From an uncultured Planctomycetales bacterium (GTDB taxonomy: Bacteria; Omnitrophota; Gorgyraeia; Zapsychrales; JANLHA01): 34,206 nt of DNA. The notes under the pieces were generated by a model. That model had not been told where the DNA came from, ran no database searches, and was given only the letters and a program-made list of their open reading frames with translations. The DNA is taken from NCBI GenBank assembly GCA_964361085.1, contig CAYHZK010000001.1, positions 1-34,206 on the forward strand, in the 5' to 3' direction. Positions 8,949-16,788 of this stretch are shown here, piece after piece (within the stretch, counting starts at the first letter, position 1; each line of letters starts with the position of its first letter). Made by a program: the position numbers and the translations under genes.

Positions 8949-9521
8949 ATGAAATTTGCTGTGCCTTCTCCCGCGAAGAAAAGCGATCCTAAACCGGCGG
9001 CCGCGCCTCCTTTGCAAGCTCCGTCGACCGGGAAAAAAGAAATCTTTGCCGGGGGGTTTTTTTTAGCGGCGTCTTTTGTGATGGCCGCGGCGGTTATTTA
9101 CTCATTGGTCAATGCCCAGGCCTCGTATCAAAAGGATGTGGCCGGGCTTAAAAAGAAGGTCAGCGTTTTGCATACGGAAAAAGATGTGGCCGAACGTAAA
9201 GCGGCCGCGCTCGCCGAGGTCGCCGGCAAGACGCTTTATCTTGAAAAGATTATCGCTGAAGCGCGGAAAATGTACGGAGATACCGAGCAGGTCCGCAAGG
9301 AAGGATCGTTGTGGATCGACCGCCGGAACGCAAATTTTATCGTCACCTTGGGGGCCTTGAACGGTATTGAGACGGACAGTGTGTTGAGCGTTTATGCCGG
9401 CGATGTCAAATTCGCGACGGTGAAGGTCGTGACCCCTCTGGATGTTGTGTCCTACGTTCAGCCCGTTGATAAAAAATTGATTCAGTTCACCCATGATTAT
9501 TATCGGGTGGTTGTGGAGTGA
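8949..9521 (+). CDS. Hypothetical membrane-anchored protein (Pro/Ala-rich N-terminus, one TM helix, coiled-coil, C-terminal beta-rich domain)
   Basis: 190-aa ORF. TM segment 'IFAGGFFLAASFVMAAAVIYSLV'. It lies directly upstream of tatA-tatC on the same strand. I recognise no family. Confidence 0.5.
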   Translation: MKFAVPSPAKKSDPKPAAAPPLQAPSTGKKEIFAGGFFLAASFVMAAAVIYSLVNAQASYQKDVAGLKKKVSVLHTEKDVAERKAAALAEVAGKTLYLEKIIAEARKMYGDTEQVRKEGSLWIDRRNANFIVTLGALNGIETDSVLSVYAGDVKFATVKVVTPLDVVSYVQPVDKKLIQFTHDYYRVVVE

Positions 9522-9539
9522 GAGATTGAGAGGGATGTG

Positions 9540-9716
9540 ATGGGAAGAATCGGTGTCATGGAAATTATTCTGATTGTCCTGGCGATATTGCTTTTGTTCG
9601 GCGCCCGGAGACTTCCTGAGATCGGCAGCGCCCTGGGAAAAGCGATCAAAGAATTCCGCAAGGCCTTTCGCGGCGGCGAAGACGACAAACCCTCCGAAAA
9701 AAAGAATGAAGATTGA
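9540..9716 (+). CDS. tatA: Twin-arginine translocase subunit TatA/E (58 aa, too short for the supplied ORF track)
   Basis: Hand translation gives 'MGRIGVMEIILIVLAILLLFGARRLPEIGSALGKAIKEFRKAFRGGEDDKPSEKKNED'. It has the TatA hallmark TM helix, 'LLFG..RLPE.G..LGK.I..FRK'. SD GAGGG lies upstream and tatC follows 12 nt downstream. Confidence 0.85.
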   Translation: MGRIGVMEIILIVLAILLLFGARRLPEIGSALGKAIKEFRKAFRGGEDDKPSEKKNED

Positions 9717-9728
9717 CAGGCCCGCAGA

Positions 9729-10433
9729 ATGCCTCCCGCTTCCCAGGAACGTTCCTTTTTTGCCCATCTCCATGAATTGCGCGGCAGGCTCCTCAAAGTG
9801 TTGGCCGCCCTTGCCCTCTGTTCCTGCGTCATGTATGCCTTCCTGGATCCTCTCTTGCGGTTTCTCCTGAAACCCGTCGGTCGTCTTGTTTTTACTTCTC
9901 CCGAAGAAGCCTTCAACGCCAGAATGATGCTCGCCGTCATGGGCGGGTTCCTGCTGGCGTTGCCGTATACCGTTTTCCAGATATGGCGTTTTGTTGCCTC
10001 CGCCTTAACGCCGCAAGAGAAAAAATACGTTAAGATTTTTGGGCCGCTGTCTTTGTGTTTTTTTATTTTCGGCGTGCTGTTTGGTTATTTTGTCATTTTG
10101 CCGGTCTCGTTCAATTTTTTGCTGGGATTTGCCTCGCCGTGGATGGTCCCGATGATCACGGTCGATAAATACATTTCTTTTGTCGGGACGATCATCTTCG
10201 CCTCCGGCGTCACGTTTGAGTTGCCTTTGATCATCGCCTTCTTAGCCAGGATCGGGATCGCGACACCGGAGTTTCTCCGGCAGAAACGCAGATACGCCAT
10301 TGTCTCGATTCTGATCGTGAGTGCCGTTTTAACGCCGCCGGATATGGTCAGCCAGCTCATTCTGGCGGCGCCGCTGATGGTGCTTTACGAACTGGGAATT
10401 ATTTTTTCGCGTTTTATGCTGAAGCGCGGGTAA
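9729..10433 (+). CDS. tatC: Twin-arginine translocase subunit TatC
   Basis: 234 aa and polytopic. The N-terminal 'SFFAHLHELRGRLLKVL' and the 'LTPPDMVSQ' loop are typical of TatC. Confidence 0.9.
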   Translation: MPPASQERSFFAHLHELRGRLLKVLAALALCSCVMYAFLDPLLRFLLKPVGRLVFTSPEEAFNARMMLAVMGGFLLALPYTVFQIWRFVASALTPQEKKYVKIFGPLSLCFFIFGVLFGYFVILPVSFNFLLGFASPWMVPMITVDKYISFVGTIIFASGVTFELPLIIAFLARIGIATPEFLRQKRRYAIVSILIVSAVLTPPDMVSQLILAAPLMVLYELGIIFSRFMLKRG

Positions 10434-10452
10434 GAATCCTTGAGAATTCCGT

Positions 10453-10480
10453 TTGAATTTGCAGGGAATTCGGCTATAAT
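10453..10480 (+). promoter_or_regulatory. Sigma70-like promoter for the 10548 ORF
   Basis: TTGAAT (10453-10458), 16-nt spacer, consensus TATAAT (10475-10480). GGAGG lies 7 nt before ATG 10548. Confidence 0.45.
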
Positions 10481-10547
10481 TTGCACGGCTAAAATTCTTT
10501 AGTCGTATTCCTCTTATGCGATTCGTATCAGGAACGGAGGATGTGCT

Positions 10548-10817
10548 ATGAAAATAGGAGATCTGCGCGAGTTGCTCAAAGACAAAAGGGTGATTGAGGA
10601 GATCAACCGGCACCTGTGGATCGAAAGTCAGAAGGCCGGGTATAGCATCGGAATCGAGCGCGCCACCGACGAGTGGCTGCGGCTTTATGCCGAGGGGTGG
10701 ATGAAGTATCATATGCCTGAGAAATATGTAACCATCCAGGCGAAAAAACGAAAAGAACAGGAACGGGTCAAGCGGGCGGAGAAGGTCAAGAAAGTTGCGG
10801 CGCGGGCAAAGAAATAA
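10548..10817 (+). CDS. Small hypothetical protein with a Lys/Arg-rich C-terminal tail
   Basis: 89-aa ORF with its own promoter, a strong SD and a downstream terminator. N-terminal 'INRHLWIESQKAGYSIGIERATDEWLRLYAEGW' looks like a conserved small domain that I cannot name. The tail is 'AKKRKEQERVKRAEKVKKVAARAKK'. Confidence 0.55.
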   Translation: MKIGDLRELLKDKRVIEEINRHLWIESQKAGYSIGIERATDEWLRLYAEGWMKYHMPEKYVTIQAKKRKEQERVKRAEKVKKVAARAKK

Positions 10818-10837
10818 ACAGATGTGACATGTTTTGT

Positions 10838-10869
10838 AAAAAGGGGAAGACCAAAATCTTCTCCTTTTT
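10838..10869. terminator. Bidirectional terminator between convergent genes
   Basis: AAAAAGGGGAAGA (10838-10850), loop CCAAAA, TCTTCTCCTTTTT (10857-10869). One mismatch. A-run on one side and T-run on the other. Confidence 0.55.
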
Positions 10870-13259
10870 TATTGCGATTCCGGCGAATTGCGCCGTGGTG
10901 CGTTGAATAGAATGAGAATGCCGGCAAGAGAAAATAATGTTATCGCGACACCGGCATAAAACGAGAGGGGAGCGAAGACGAATTTGATGCGGTGTTTCCC
11001 TTCAGGCACAAAGACGGATCGGATCAGATTGTTGGTTTGAAATATCTTTCCTGGTTTTCCGTTCAGAAAAACTTTCCAATCGGGATGATAGGCGTCGCTC
11101 AGGACGACCAACCCCGAGTGTTCCATATCGGCGTCGAGAATCACTTCATTCGGGGAATATTTGCTGATCTTCACCGTCGAGCGATCCGTCACGGGTTGCT
11201 GGCTCAGTTTGGCGGATATCCGGGGAATGCCGGCGTGATTGATGACAGCGCCTTCCCGGAGGGCCGGCGCTATCCGCTCCAGGAGGCGGAACGATTTTTC
11301 CGGATCAGGCTCGAAGATGGCCCGATGCACCACATAGGCCCGGGGCAGGGCTGTCTCGCGTTCGAAGATCATGACCTCCTTCGAGTAAATCGCTTTGAAC
11401 GTATCCATAAATCCGCCGAAGGCGTTGAGCATTTTCGCAAGGCGATCTTGATCCGGGGCGATGATGTAACGCACGTTGAGCATGTCTAAAATCGCGTTTC
11501 GTCTTCCTTCGATCGGGATCGCGCGCAAGGCGGGAGGACGCAGGTCATTGCGGAAATGATTTTCGATGACAAGGCGATTCACGAATTTGACGAACCGTTC
11601 CGGCACCAGACCTAAAAAATACCCCAGATCGTCGACGCCGAACCCGGTTGCGGTGTTCGGATAAAAGGCCCAGAACATCCCGTAGCTGCGGATGCGTTCC
11701 GGCGAGGACTTGAGGAATTCGATATAAGGGACTGGGGCGAAAGAATCGAACCTCCGTGGCCGTTCCCGGTGGATATAAAGAAAGAGTTCTCCGAAAATTG
11801 TCATCAGCAGGACAACTCCGATCACGCGGCGGGAGCAAAAATTTTTGTCGCGGCACCACAGGATGATTTGAAAAGTGATCAGGACACATAAGGCGAAGAG
11901 ACCGGCCTGAAGCGAGATGCGGAAGTCGGGGGAATTCCGCAGAATAAAAAGATGTCCCGCGACAAGGGACAGGAGGGCGACGGTGAAGATTAATCCTTTT
12001 TTAAAATTTTTCCGTTGCGCGAGGATCGCCCGGACCCCCATTCCCGCCAGAATCGCGATCGTCAGCGCCGCCAAGGGATGGGTATGAATCGCGTAGCGGC
12101 ATATATTAAATAAGGGAAGATAGCCCAGCCCATTGATCACGGGAATCCCGTATTCTTTGCCGATGATGATCAGCGCGACTGCGGCAAAAAAGTAGTTCAG
12201 TCCTTTTTTATGCGTGTTGAAAAGGCTTAAAAAAGCCAGCGCCAGAGGGAGTGTTCCCAGATATCCGCCCCACCATCCCGCGAAGGTCCATTGATACGTG
12301 AGCGATTCTTTTTGAAAAAAGTGCGGCAGCGCCAGTGTCAGGGCGCGGTCCCGTTGTTCTTCCATGAGAAGCCCCGTGCCTACAGGATGGCCATGCCAGA
12401 ATTCAAAAATAAGATTTTGCAGGAAGGGCAAAAGAACGACGGCGCCCGCGCCTATACCGAGAGCGTACGCGGCCAGAACTAATAAAAAGATTTTCTTGCC
12501 ATTCGCGGTTTTGCGTCGGGAGAAAACGCGGAACAAAAAAAACGCCATCCCGTAAGCGTTGACCAGAAAAATGTGTTCCGGGTGTCCTCCGAGCACCGTC
12601 AGTCCGACGGTTAAGGCGACCAGCGCGGTGTTGCGCGCTGAGGGATGCCGGATGAGCCGGTCCAGGGTCAAAAGCAAAAGCGGCGCTAAGATGTCGACGT
12701 TGGCGGTCCAGTATTGCAGAAGAACCATAGGACCGATGAGCATGAAAATGACGGCGGCGGCAAACGCCGGGATGTTTCCAAAATTCAGGCGCCGCATCAG
12801 CCAGAACGTGAACAGTCCGGCAAAAAAGAGACGGGTCAAAATCAAAATATCCCAGGCATAAATCGGCGGCAGAAGATAAAGGATGAGATTTAAGGGATAA
12901 AAGATTCCGACCTCGATCATCCCGATCAACGCGTAGCCGCATCCCTGATGCGGATTCCATAGCGGGAGAATTCCTTTCTTGAGATTTTGTTTGATGAATT
13001 CGTAAATGGGCTCCTCGGAGACGGGGGCGTCGGTGCCGTTGACGGGGATAAAACGCGGCTTGTTGTCTTCCTGCCCATAGACGCCGTAGGGCAAGGCCTG
13101 CGAGTTGGCGGTGGTGGCCTTGAACGTTTTGTTGAAAAAAACGACGTCGTAAAAAGCGACAGCGAGCAAGAGAAGAAGGGCGGAGCCAATATATAAATTT
13201 TTTCGGAAGGCGGGAGAAAACATTGACAATAGTATAATGAGCGCTGTCGTTGAGAGCAA
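10869..13259 (-). CDS. YfhO-like polytopic membrane protein (GT-C-type glycosyltransferase-like), with a C-terminal extracytoplasmic domain and a final TM helix
   Basis: 796-aa ORF with many TM segments. The C-terminal region 'LNVRYIIAP', 'ALPRAYVV', 'AYHPDWKVFLNGKPGKIFQTNNLIRSVFVPEGKHRIKFVFAP' resembles YfhO-family proteins. The start is TTG 13259 or ATG 13223, and neither has an SD. Confidence 0.65.
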   Translation of the reverse strand: MLSTTALIILLSMFSPAFRKNLYIGSALLLLLAVAFYDVVFFNKTFKATTANSQALPYGVYGQEDNKPRFIPVNGTDAPVSEEPIYEFIKQNLKKGILPLWNPHQGCGYALIGMIEVGIFYPLNLILYLLPPIYAWDILILTRLFFAGLFTFWLMRRLNFGNIPAFAAAVIFMLIGPMVLLQYWTANVDILAPLLLLTLDRLIRHPSARNTALVALTVGLTVLGGHPEHIFLVNAYGMAFFLFRVFSRRKTANGKKIFLLVLAAYALGIGAGAVVLLPFLQNLIFEFWHGHPVGTGLLMEEQRDRALTLALPHFFQKESLTYQWTFAGWWGGYLGTLPLALAFLSLFNTHKKGLNYFFAAVALIIIGKEYGIPVINGLGYLPLFNICRYAIHTHPLAALTIAILAGMGVRAILAQRKNFKKGLIFTVALLSLVAGHLFILRNSPDFRISLQAGLFALCVLITFQIILWCRDKNFCSRRVIGVVLLMTIFGELFLYIHRERPRRFDSFAPVPYIEFLKSSPERIRSYGMFWAFYPNTATGFGVDDLGYFLGLVPERFVKFVNRLVIENHFRNDLRPPALRAIPIEGRRNAILDMLNVRYIIAPDQDRLAKMLNAFGGFMDTFKAIYSKEVMIFERETALPRAYVVHRAIFEPDPEKSFRLLERIAPALREGAVINHAGIPRISAKLSQQPVTDRSTVKISKYSPNEVILDADMEHSGLVVLSDAYHPDWKVFLNGKPGKIFQTNNLIRSVFVPEGKHRIKFVFAPLSFYAGVAITLFSLAGILILFNAPRRNSPESQ

Positions 13260-13279
13260 GGGGCTTTTAAAAACTAAAA

Positions 13280-13301
13280 CCCCCCGGAGTGGTCCGAGGG
13301 G
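13280..13301 (-). terminator. Rho-independent-type terminator (minus strand) between the tiny Lys-rich ORF and the YfhO-like gene
   Basis: Minus-strand RNA reads CCCCUCGG-ACCACU-CCGGGGGG (8 bp including one G-U) followed by UUUUAGUUUUU. It ends about 17 nt before TTG 13259. Confidence 0.5.
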
Positions 13302-13326
13302 TTTATAGTAAATCTGAAACTGCGAG

Positions 13327-13377
13327 TTATTTTCTCTTCGCTGTTTTCTTCTTCGCTGTTTTCTTCTTTGTTGCCAT
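13327..13377 (-). CDS. Tiny Lys-rich ORF (16 aa: MATKKKTAKKKTAKRK), either a candidate leader peptide or a small basic peptide
   Basis: ATG at 13377 is preceded by AAAGGAGAG with 6-nt spacing. A 15-nt tandem repeat encodes KKKTA twice. It has its own promoter-like element upstream and a terminator downstream. Confidence 0.35.
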   Translation of the reverse strand: MATKKKTAKKKTAKRK

Positions 13378-13419
13378 CGTTCTCTCCTTTCATAAGAGAT
13401 TAATGATGTTAATGATTAA

Positions 13420-13447
13420 ATAATAACATAGGCCCTATCATATGCAA
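13420..13447 (-). promoter_or_regulatory. Sigma70-like promoter (minus strand) for the tiny ORF / YfhO-like transcript
   Basis: The minus strand reads TTGCAT (13447-13442), 16-nt spacer, TATTAT (13425-13420). Confidence 0.3.
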
Positions 13448-13473
13448 AAAATATTTTAAGAATTTTTATTTCA

Positions 13474-13502
13474 TTGTGTTAAAAGTTAGCGCGGGCTAAA
13501 AT
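13474..13502 (+). promoter_or_regulatory. Sigma70-like promoter for hemW
   Basis: TTGTGT (13474-13479), 17-nt spacer, TAAAAT (13497-13502), within an AT-rich divergent intergenic region. Confidence 0.35.
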
Positions 13503-13540
13503 ACAATTCCTAGACGGAGAAATGGAGGTTTTTTAAAAAT

Positions 13541-14644
13541 ATGTCGTCACTGTACATTCATATTCCTTTTTGCGAACGAAAATGTTTGTATTGCTCTTTT
13601 GTTGTTGCGGTCGGACAACAGCAGCGCGTTGATGATTATCTGGGATGCCTGGAACGTGAAGCGGAGCGTTATCAATGTTGTCCCGTTGAGACAATTTACA
13701 TCGGTGGCGGGACCCCAACTTTTCTGGATCCTCGACAGCTGGAACGTTTGTTCCGGTTGATCAAAACCCGGTTCTCTTATTCGCCGTCATCGGAAATCAC
13801 AGTTGAAGCGAACCCCGAAGGGATCACTTTCGAAAAAGCGGAAACGTTGCGTGGGTTAGGCGTCAATCGTGTCAGTCTCGGTGTGCAATCGTTTCATGAC
13901 CGGTATTTGAAATTTTTAGGACGGGCGCACGATTCCTTGAAAGCCATGACGGCGTTCAACGTGCTCCGGCAGGCCGGATTTAAAAACATCAACGTGGATC
14001 TTATGTATTCGTTCCCCGGACAGACGGTGAGCGAAATCCATGAGGACCTTGAAGTCCTCGTCGGTCTCGGCAGCGAACACGTTTCTTTGTACACATTGAC
14101 GATCGAAGAGAACAGCCGGTTTTTCGCGCAAAAAGTGCCGGAGCAGGAAGGACTCGCGCAGGGAGATCAGTATCAGTCGGTCGTTTCGTTTTTGGAAGAG
14201 TCGGGATGGCGGCGGTATGAGGTCAGCAATTTTGCCAAACCGGGATTTGAATCGGAGCATAACCGGAACTACTGGCGGGGCGGAAATTATGTCGGGCTGG
14301 GTGTGGGGGCGCACTCTCACCGCGACGGACGGCGAAGCTGGAATATCAGCCGCCTGCAAGATTTTATGACGAGGGTGAAGGACGGCCGCGGAGCCGAGGA
14401 GGGCGCTGAAGAGTTGACGCCGGCGCAACGGTTGCGGGAAGCCCTGGTTTTTGGGTTAAGGACGAGCGAGGGGGTTGATCTTCAGTCCCTCGAAGAGCGT
14501 TTTTGCTGTCGATTGGAAGAAGAAGAGGTGGAGAAGATTTCGGAATTTATTAAAAATGGTTTGTTGATTCAAGACGAACGGCTCCTTCAGGCGACGAAAG
14601 AGGGACGGCTCGCGCTTGATGCTATTTCCAGTTACTTGATATAA
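13541..14644 (+). CDS. hemW: Radical SAM heme chaperone HemW (HemN-like, oxygen-independent coproporphyrinogen oxidase family)
   Basis: 367 aa. 'SLYIHIPFCERKCLYCSF' is the CxxxCxxC radical-SAM motif, followed by 'IYIGGGTPT' and 'VNRVSLGVQSF'. The short length fits HemW rather than HemN. Confidence 0.85.
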   Translation: MSSLYIHIPFCERKCLYCSFVVAVGQQQRVDDYLGCLEREAERYQCCPVETIYIGGGTPTFLDPRQLERLFRLIKTRFSYSPSSEITVEANPEGITFEKAETLRGLGVNRVSLGVQSFHDRYLKFLGRAHDSLKAMTAFNVLRQAGFKNINVDLMYSFPGQTVSEIHEDLEVLVGLGSEHVSLYTLTIEENSRFFAQKVPEQEGLAQGDQYQSVVSFLEESGWRRYEVSNFAKPGFESEHNRNYWRGGNYVGLGVGAHSHRDGRRSWNISRLQDFMTRVKDGRGAEEGAEELTPAQRLREALVFGLRTSEGVDLQSLEERFCCRLEEEEVEKISEFIKNGLLIQDERLLQATKEGRLALDAISSYLI

Positions 14645-14649
14645 ATGAT

Positions 14650-15753
14650 TTATTTTCTTGGAAGTGTCAGCGCAAATTCAACGCCGTATTTTCGGGCGAT
14701 CATTTCGCTGTGACCAAAAAGTTGAAAAAGACAGCGCTCGATCAGGTCGCGGTATCTGCGGTTCATTTTGAGACGATGAAGGATTTTGAGCGAGCGTTCC
14801 AGGCGTTTTTTGATTTTAAGGAGGCTGTAGTGGAGGCTGCCGCTGGTGATGAAAATTTTGCGGATCGTCATAAGGTCGGCGTAGGTTTTGCGTGGTTTTG
14901 AAAAGGTCGTTAAAAATTTTTTTCGCATGTCTCCCTTCAATTGATCGTAGGCATGACAGACCAGAATCGTCTTTTTGGACTCCGCGAGATCGCTCAAAAT
15001 GGGTTTCCCGATATTTTTTTGCGTGTCGAAAATCCCGATCACGTCGTCTTGAATCTGGAAGGCCTGTCCGATCATCAGGCCAAGTTCCGAGAGCCCGTGG
15101 ATATCCTGGTTGTCGGCTCCGGCCAGAATGGCTCCAACGACCAGAGGGCAATCAAAGGTATAGCGTGCGGTTTTCAGCGTATAGTTCAAAAAGACATCGT
15201 CTTCCGTGATCCGGTTGAGTTTGTTGACCCCGTGCAGCGTATCCACGAATTCGCCCATTGCCGTAAAAACAGCGGTTTGGATGAAATATTTCAGAGCGCG
15301 TTCCTTGCGCTTGGGGTCTTCATGGATGGAAAGGAAGGCGTCGATCGCCAGGGCATAGACAATGTCGCCGGCGATAATGCTCAAGTCGCAGCCGAGTTTG
15401 TCCCGTTCTTTTGTTTTTGCGGCGTGACGCAAAAGCCGATGCAGGGTCGGTTTGCCGCGCCTTAGGTCGGAACGGTCGATGATATCGTCATGAATCAGCA
15501 TAAAATTATGCAAGAGCTCGATGCAGGTCGAGGCATAATAAATAGAAGGAGACATCCGCGAGGCGTCTTTGCGGTAACCTTTGTAACTTAGGGCCAGCAG
15601 AATGGGGCGGATCCGCTTGCCTTCGCGCAGAGAAAATTCCCGGATGCTGTTATAAAGGATAGGATCGACGAGGTGGAGCTTGTAATCAATTTTGATTTTG
15701 TCGAGGAAAAGTTCCAGACTTTTGTCGATTTGTTTCCGGATTTTGTCAAGCAT
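14650..15753 (-). CDS. Polyprenyl diphosphate synthase (trans-isoprenyl diphosphate synthase family; chain length undetermined)
   Basis: First Asp-rich motif 'LIHDDIIDRSDLRRGKPT' and second motif 'FQIQDDVIGIF'. The likely start is ATG 15753 ('MLDKIRKQ'), not the ORF-track start at 15789. Confidence 0.85.
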   Translation of the reverse strand: MLDKIRKQIDKSLELFLDKIKIDYKLHLVDPILYNSIREFSLREGKRIRPILLALSYKGYRKDASRMSPSIYYASTCIELLHNFMLIHDDIIDRSDLRRGKPTLHRLLRHAAKTKERDKLGCDLSIIAGDIVYALAIDAFLSIHEDPKRKERALKYFIQTAVFTAMGEFVDTLHGVNKLNRITEDDVFLNYTLKTARYTFDCPLVVGAILAGADNQDIHGLSELGLMIGQAFQIQDDVIGIFDTQKNIGKPILSDLAESKKTILVCHAYDQLKGDMRKKFLTTFSKPRKTYADLMTIRKIFITSGSLHYSLLKIKKRLERSLKILHRLKMNRRYRDLIERCLFQLFGHSEMIARKYGVEFALTLPRK

Positions 15754-15855
15754 GGCGGTTATCCTAACACACAAACAAAGGCCCTTCAATCAAAATACCG
15801 TTGCCCCGGCGTTTACGGGTATGCTAATATTGAAACAACGAAAAACCAGGAGCTG

Positions 15856-16509
15856 ATGATGAAAAAGTATATTTATAGTGTTGTGTTGAGTTCTATCGTT
15901 TTTCTGCTGCCGTCTGGTGCCGGCGCCGACACGATCCATCTTAAAACTGGCAAAAGTGTTGCGGGAACAATCACAGCGGAGGAACAACGCACGATCACCA
16001 TCACGGTTGACGGCAAACCGGTCACTTTTTATCGGGGAGAGATCAAAAGTATCGAAAGGGACAATCCTCCCCCGCAATCGCAGGACAAGATCTGGAGCCG
16101 ATTGTCGGAGTTGACCCGTGCCGGGATCGCTGACGAAAAACGGGAACTCATCAAACGTTTATTGGACGCCAACGGAACGCGGGAGAGTTTGACGAAGATT
16201 TTTTCTAAGATCATTGAGGATGCGGAGCCCGAATCCCAGGCGGGGCTGCGGGATTTGCTTCAGAGCGAAAAACTCATTGAGCAAATCCTTCCTGTTTATG
16301 AAAAACATTTTAGCGTCGAGGAAATTAAAGAACTGCTCGCCTTTTATCTGAGTCCCACGGGCCACAAAAATCTTCAATTGACGCCGCAGATTACAAATGA
16401 TGTCCTGGAGGCGACCGTCCAATACTTCAAGAGTCATGAGCACCTGTTTCCCCGGGTGGCTCCTGGGGCGAATCCCCCGCGGAAACCCTCAAATTTTTGG
16501 GGTCATTAA
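15856..16509 (+). CDS. Secreted DUF2059-like protein
   Basis: The start was moved to ATG 15856 (GGAG upstream), which gives the signal peptide 'MMKKYIYSVVLSSIVFLLPSGAGA'. The C-terminal 'ILPVYEKHFSVEEIKELLAFYLSPTGHKNLQ' resembles DUF2059. Confidence 0.65.
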   Translation: MMKKYIYSVVLSSIVFLLPSGAGADTIHLKTGKSVAGTITAEEQRTITITVDGKPVTFYRGEIKSIERDNPPPQSQDKIWSRLSELTRAGIADEKRELIKRLLDANGTRESLTKIFSKIIEDAEPESQAGLRDLLQSEKLIEQILPVYEKHFSVEEIKELLAFYLSPTGHKNLQLTPQITNDVLEATVQYFKSHEHLFPRVAPGANPPRKPSNFWGH

Positions 16510-16589
16510 CAGGCGTGAGAATCGCTGTAACCCAATGTTATTCATTAAGTTGCGATCAGATTTAGTGAGGCGCGATTTTTTAATTTTGT

Positions 16590-16618
16590 TTGACCGCTTC
16601 AAGTTATTCTGTTATATT
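16590..16618 (+). promoter_or_regulatory. Strong sigma70-like promoter of the purine operon
   Basis: TTGACC (16590-16595), 17-nt spacer, TATATT (16613-16618). The implied TSS is near 16625. Confidence 0.5.
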
Positions 16619-16624
16619 ACTCCG

Positions 16625-16788
16625 GTTAATTTGAGGAAAATTCCCCTCGGCTGCTAGGTCGCAGCCTCTCTGCTCATAAGGCAGGCTTCCGGGATAAATT
16701 CAAGCTGGTTGACGTCACCGCGGGGAATTGATCCTGAGAGATCTCAGGATTTTAAGGTGAGTCAAGCACTCATTCAAGGAGAGAGAGA
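16625..16788 (+). promoter_or_regulatory. About 165-nt structured 5' leader of purB (riboswitch/attenuator candidate, class unassigned)
   Basis: Closing helix AAUUCCCC (16639-16646) / GGGGAAUU (16722-16729). Inner hairpins at 16649-16666 and 16670-16684. Terminator-like hairpin 16731-16750 followed by UUU. SD AGGAGAGAGAGA lies before ATG 16789. Confidence 0.35.

Noticed and set aside
13223-13238. Plus-strand TTGACA (13223-13228) and TATAAT (13233-13238), both perfect consensus hexamers.
   Set aside because: They are separated by only 4 nt, which is incompatible with sigma70 spacing. They also lie inside the start region of the minus-strand YfhO-like gene.
13274-13393. An alternative 39-aa acidic ORF (MKGENDGNKEENSEEENSEEKITRS...) in another frame over the tiny Lys-rich ORF.
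   Set aside because: Its ATG has no SD and in fact overlaps the SD of the Lys-rich ORF. It also reads straight through the terminator hairpin. It is most likely a frame artefact of the purine-rich repeat.
14641-14653. The palindrome ATAAAT-G-ATTTAT containing both stop codons of the convergent hemW and polyprenyl synthase genes, as a possible bidirectional terminator.
   Set aside because: A 6-bp all-A/T stem with a 1-nt centre cannot form a stable RNA hairpin. It is probably coincidental to two TAA stops lying 5 nt apart.
15673-15855. The 61-aa N-terminal extension of the DUF2059-like ORF as given in the ORF track.
   Set aside because: It overlaps the divergent polyprenyl synthase start region. 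A GGAG-preceded ATG at 15856 yields a classical signal peptide, so the shorter form is far more plausible.
16625-16788. Assigning the purB leader to a known riboswitch class (purine, ZTP/pfl, ykkC-type PRPP/ppGpp, THF).
   Set aside because: I could not find the conserved cores as I remember them, for example the ZTP 'CCGCCUGGGC' or the ykkC 'CUAGGGUUCCG...GGUCCGAGAG...ACACGG'. The element is therefore reported only as an unassigned structured leader. A covariance-model search is required.
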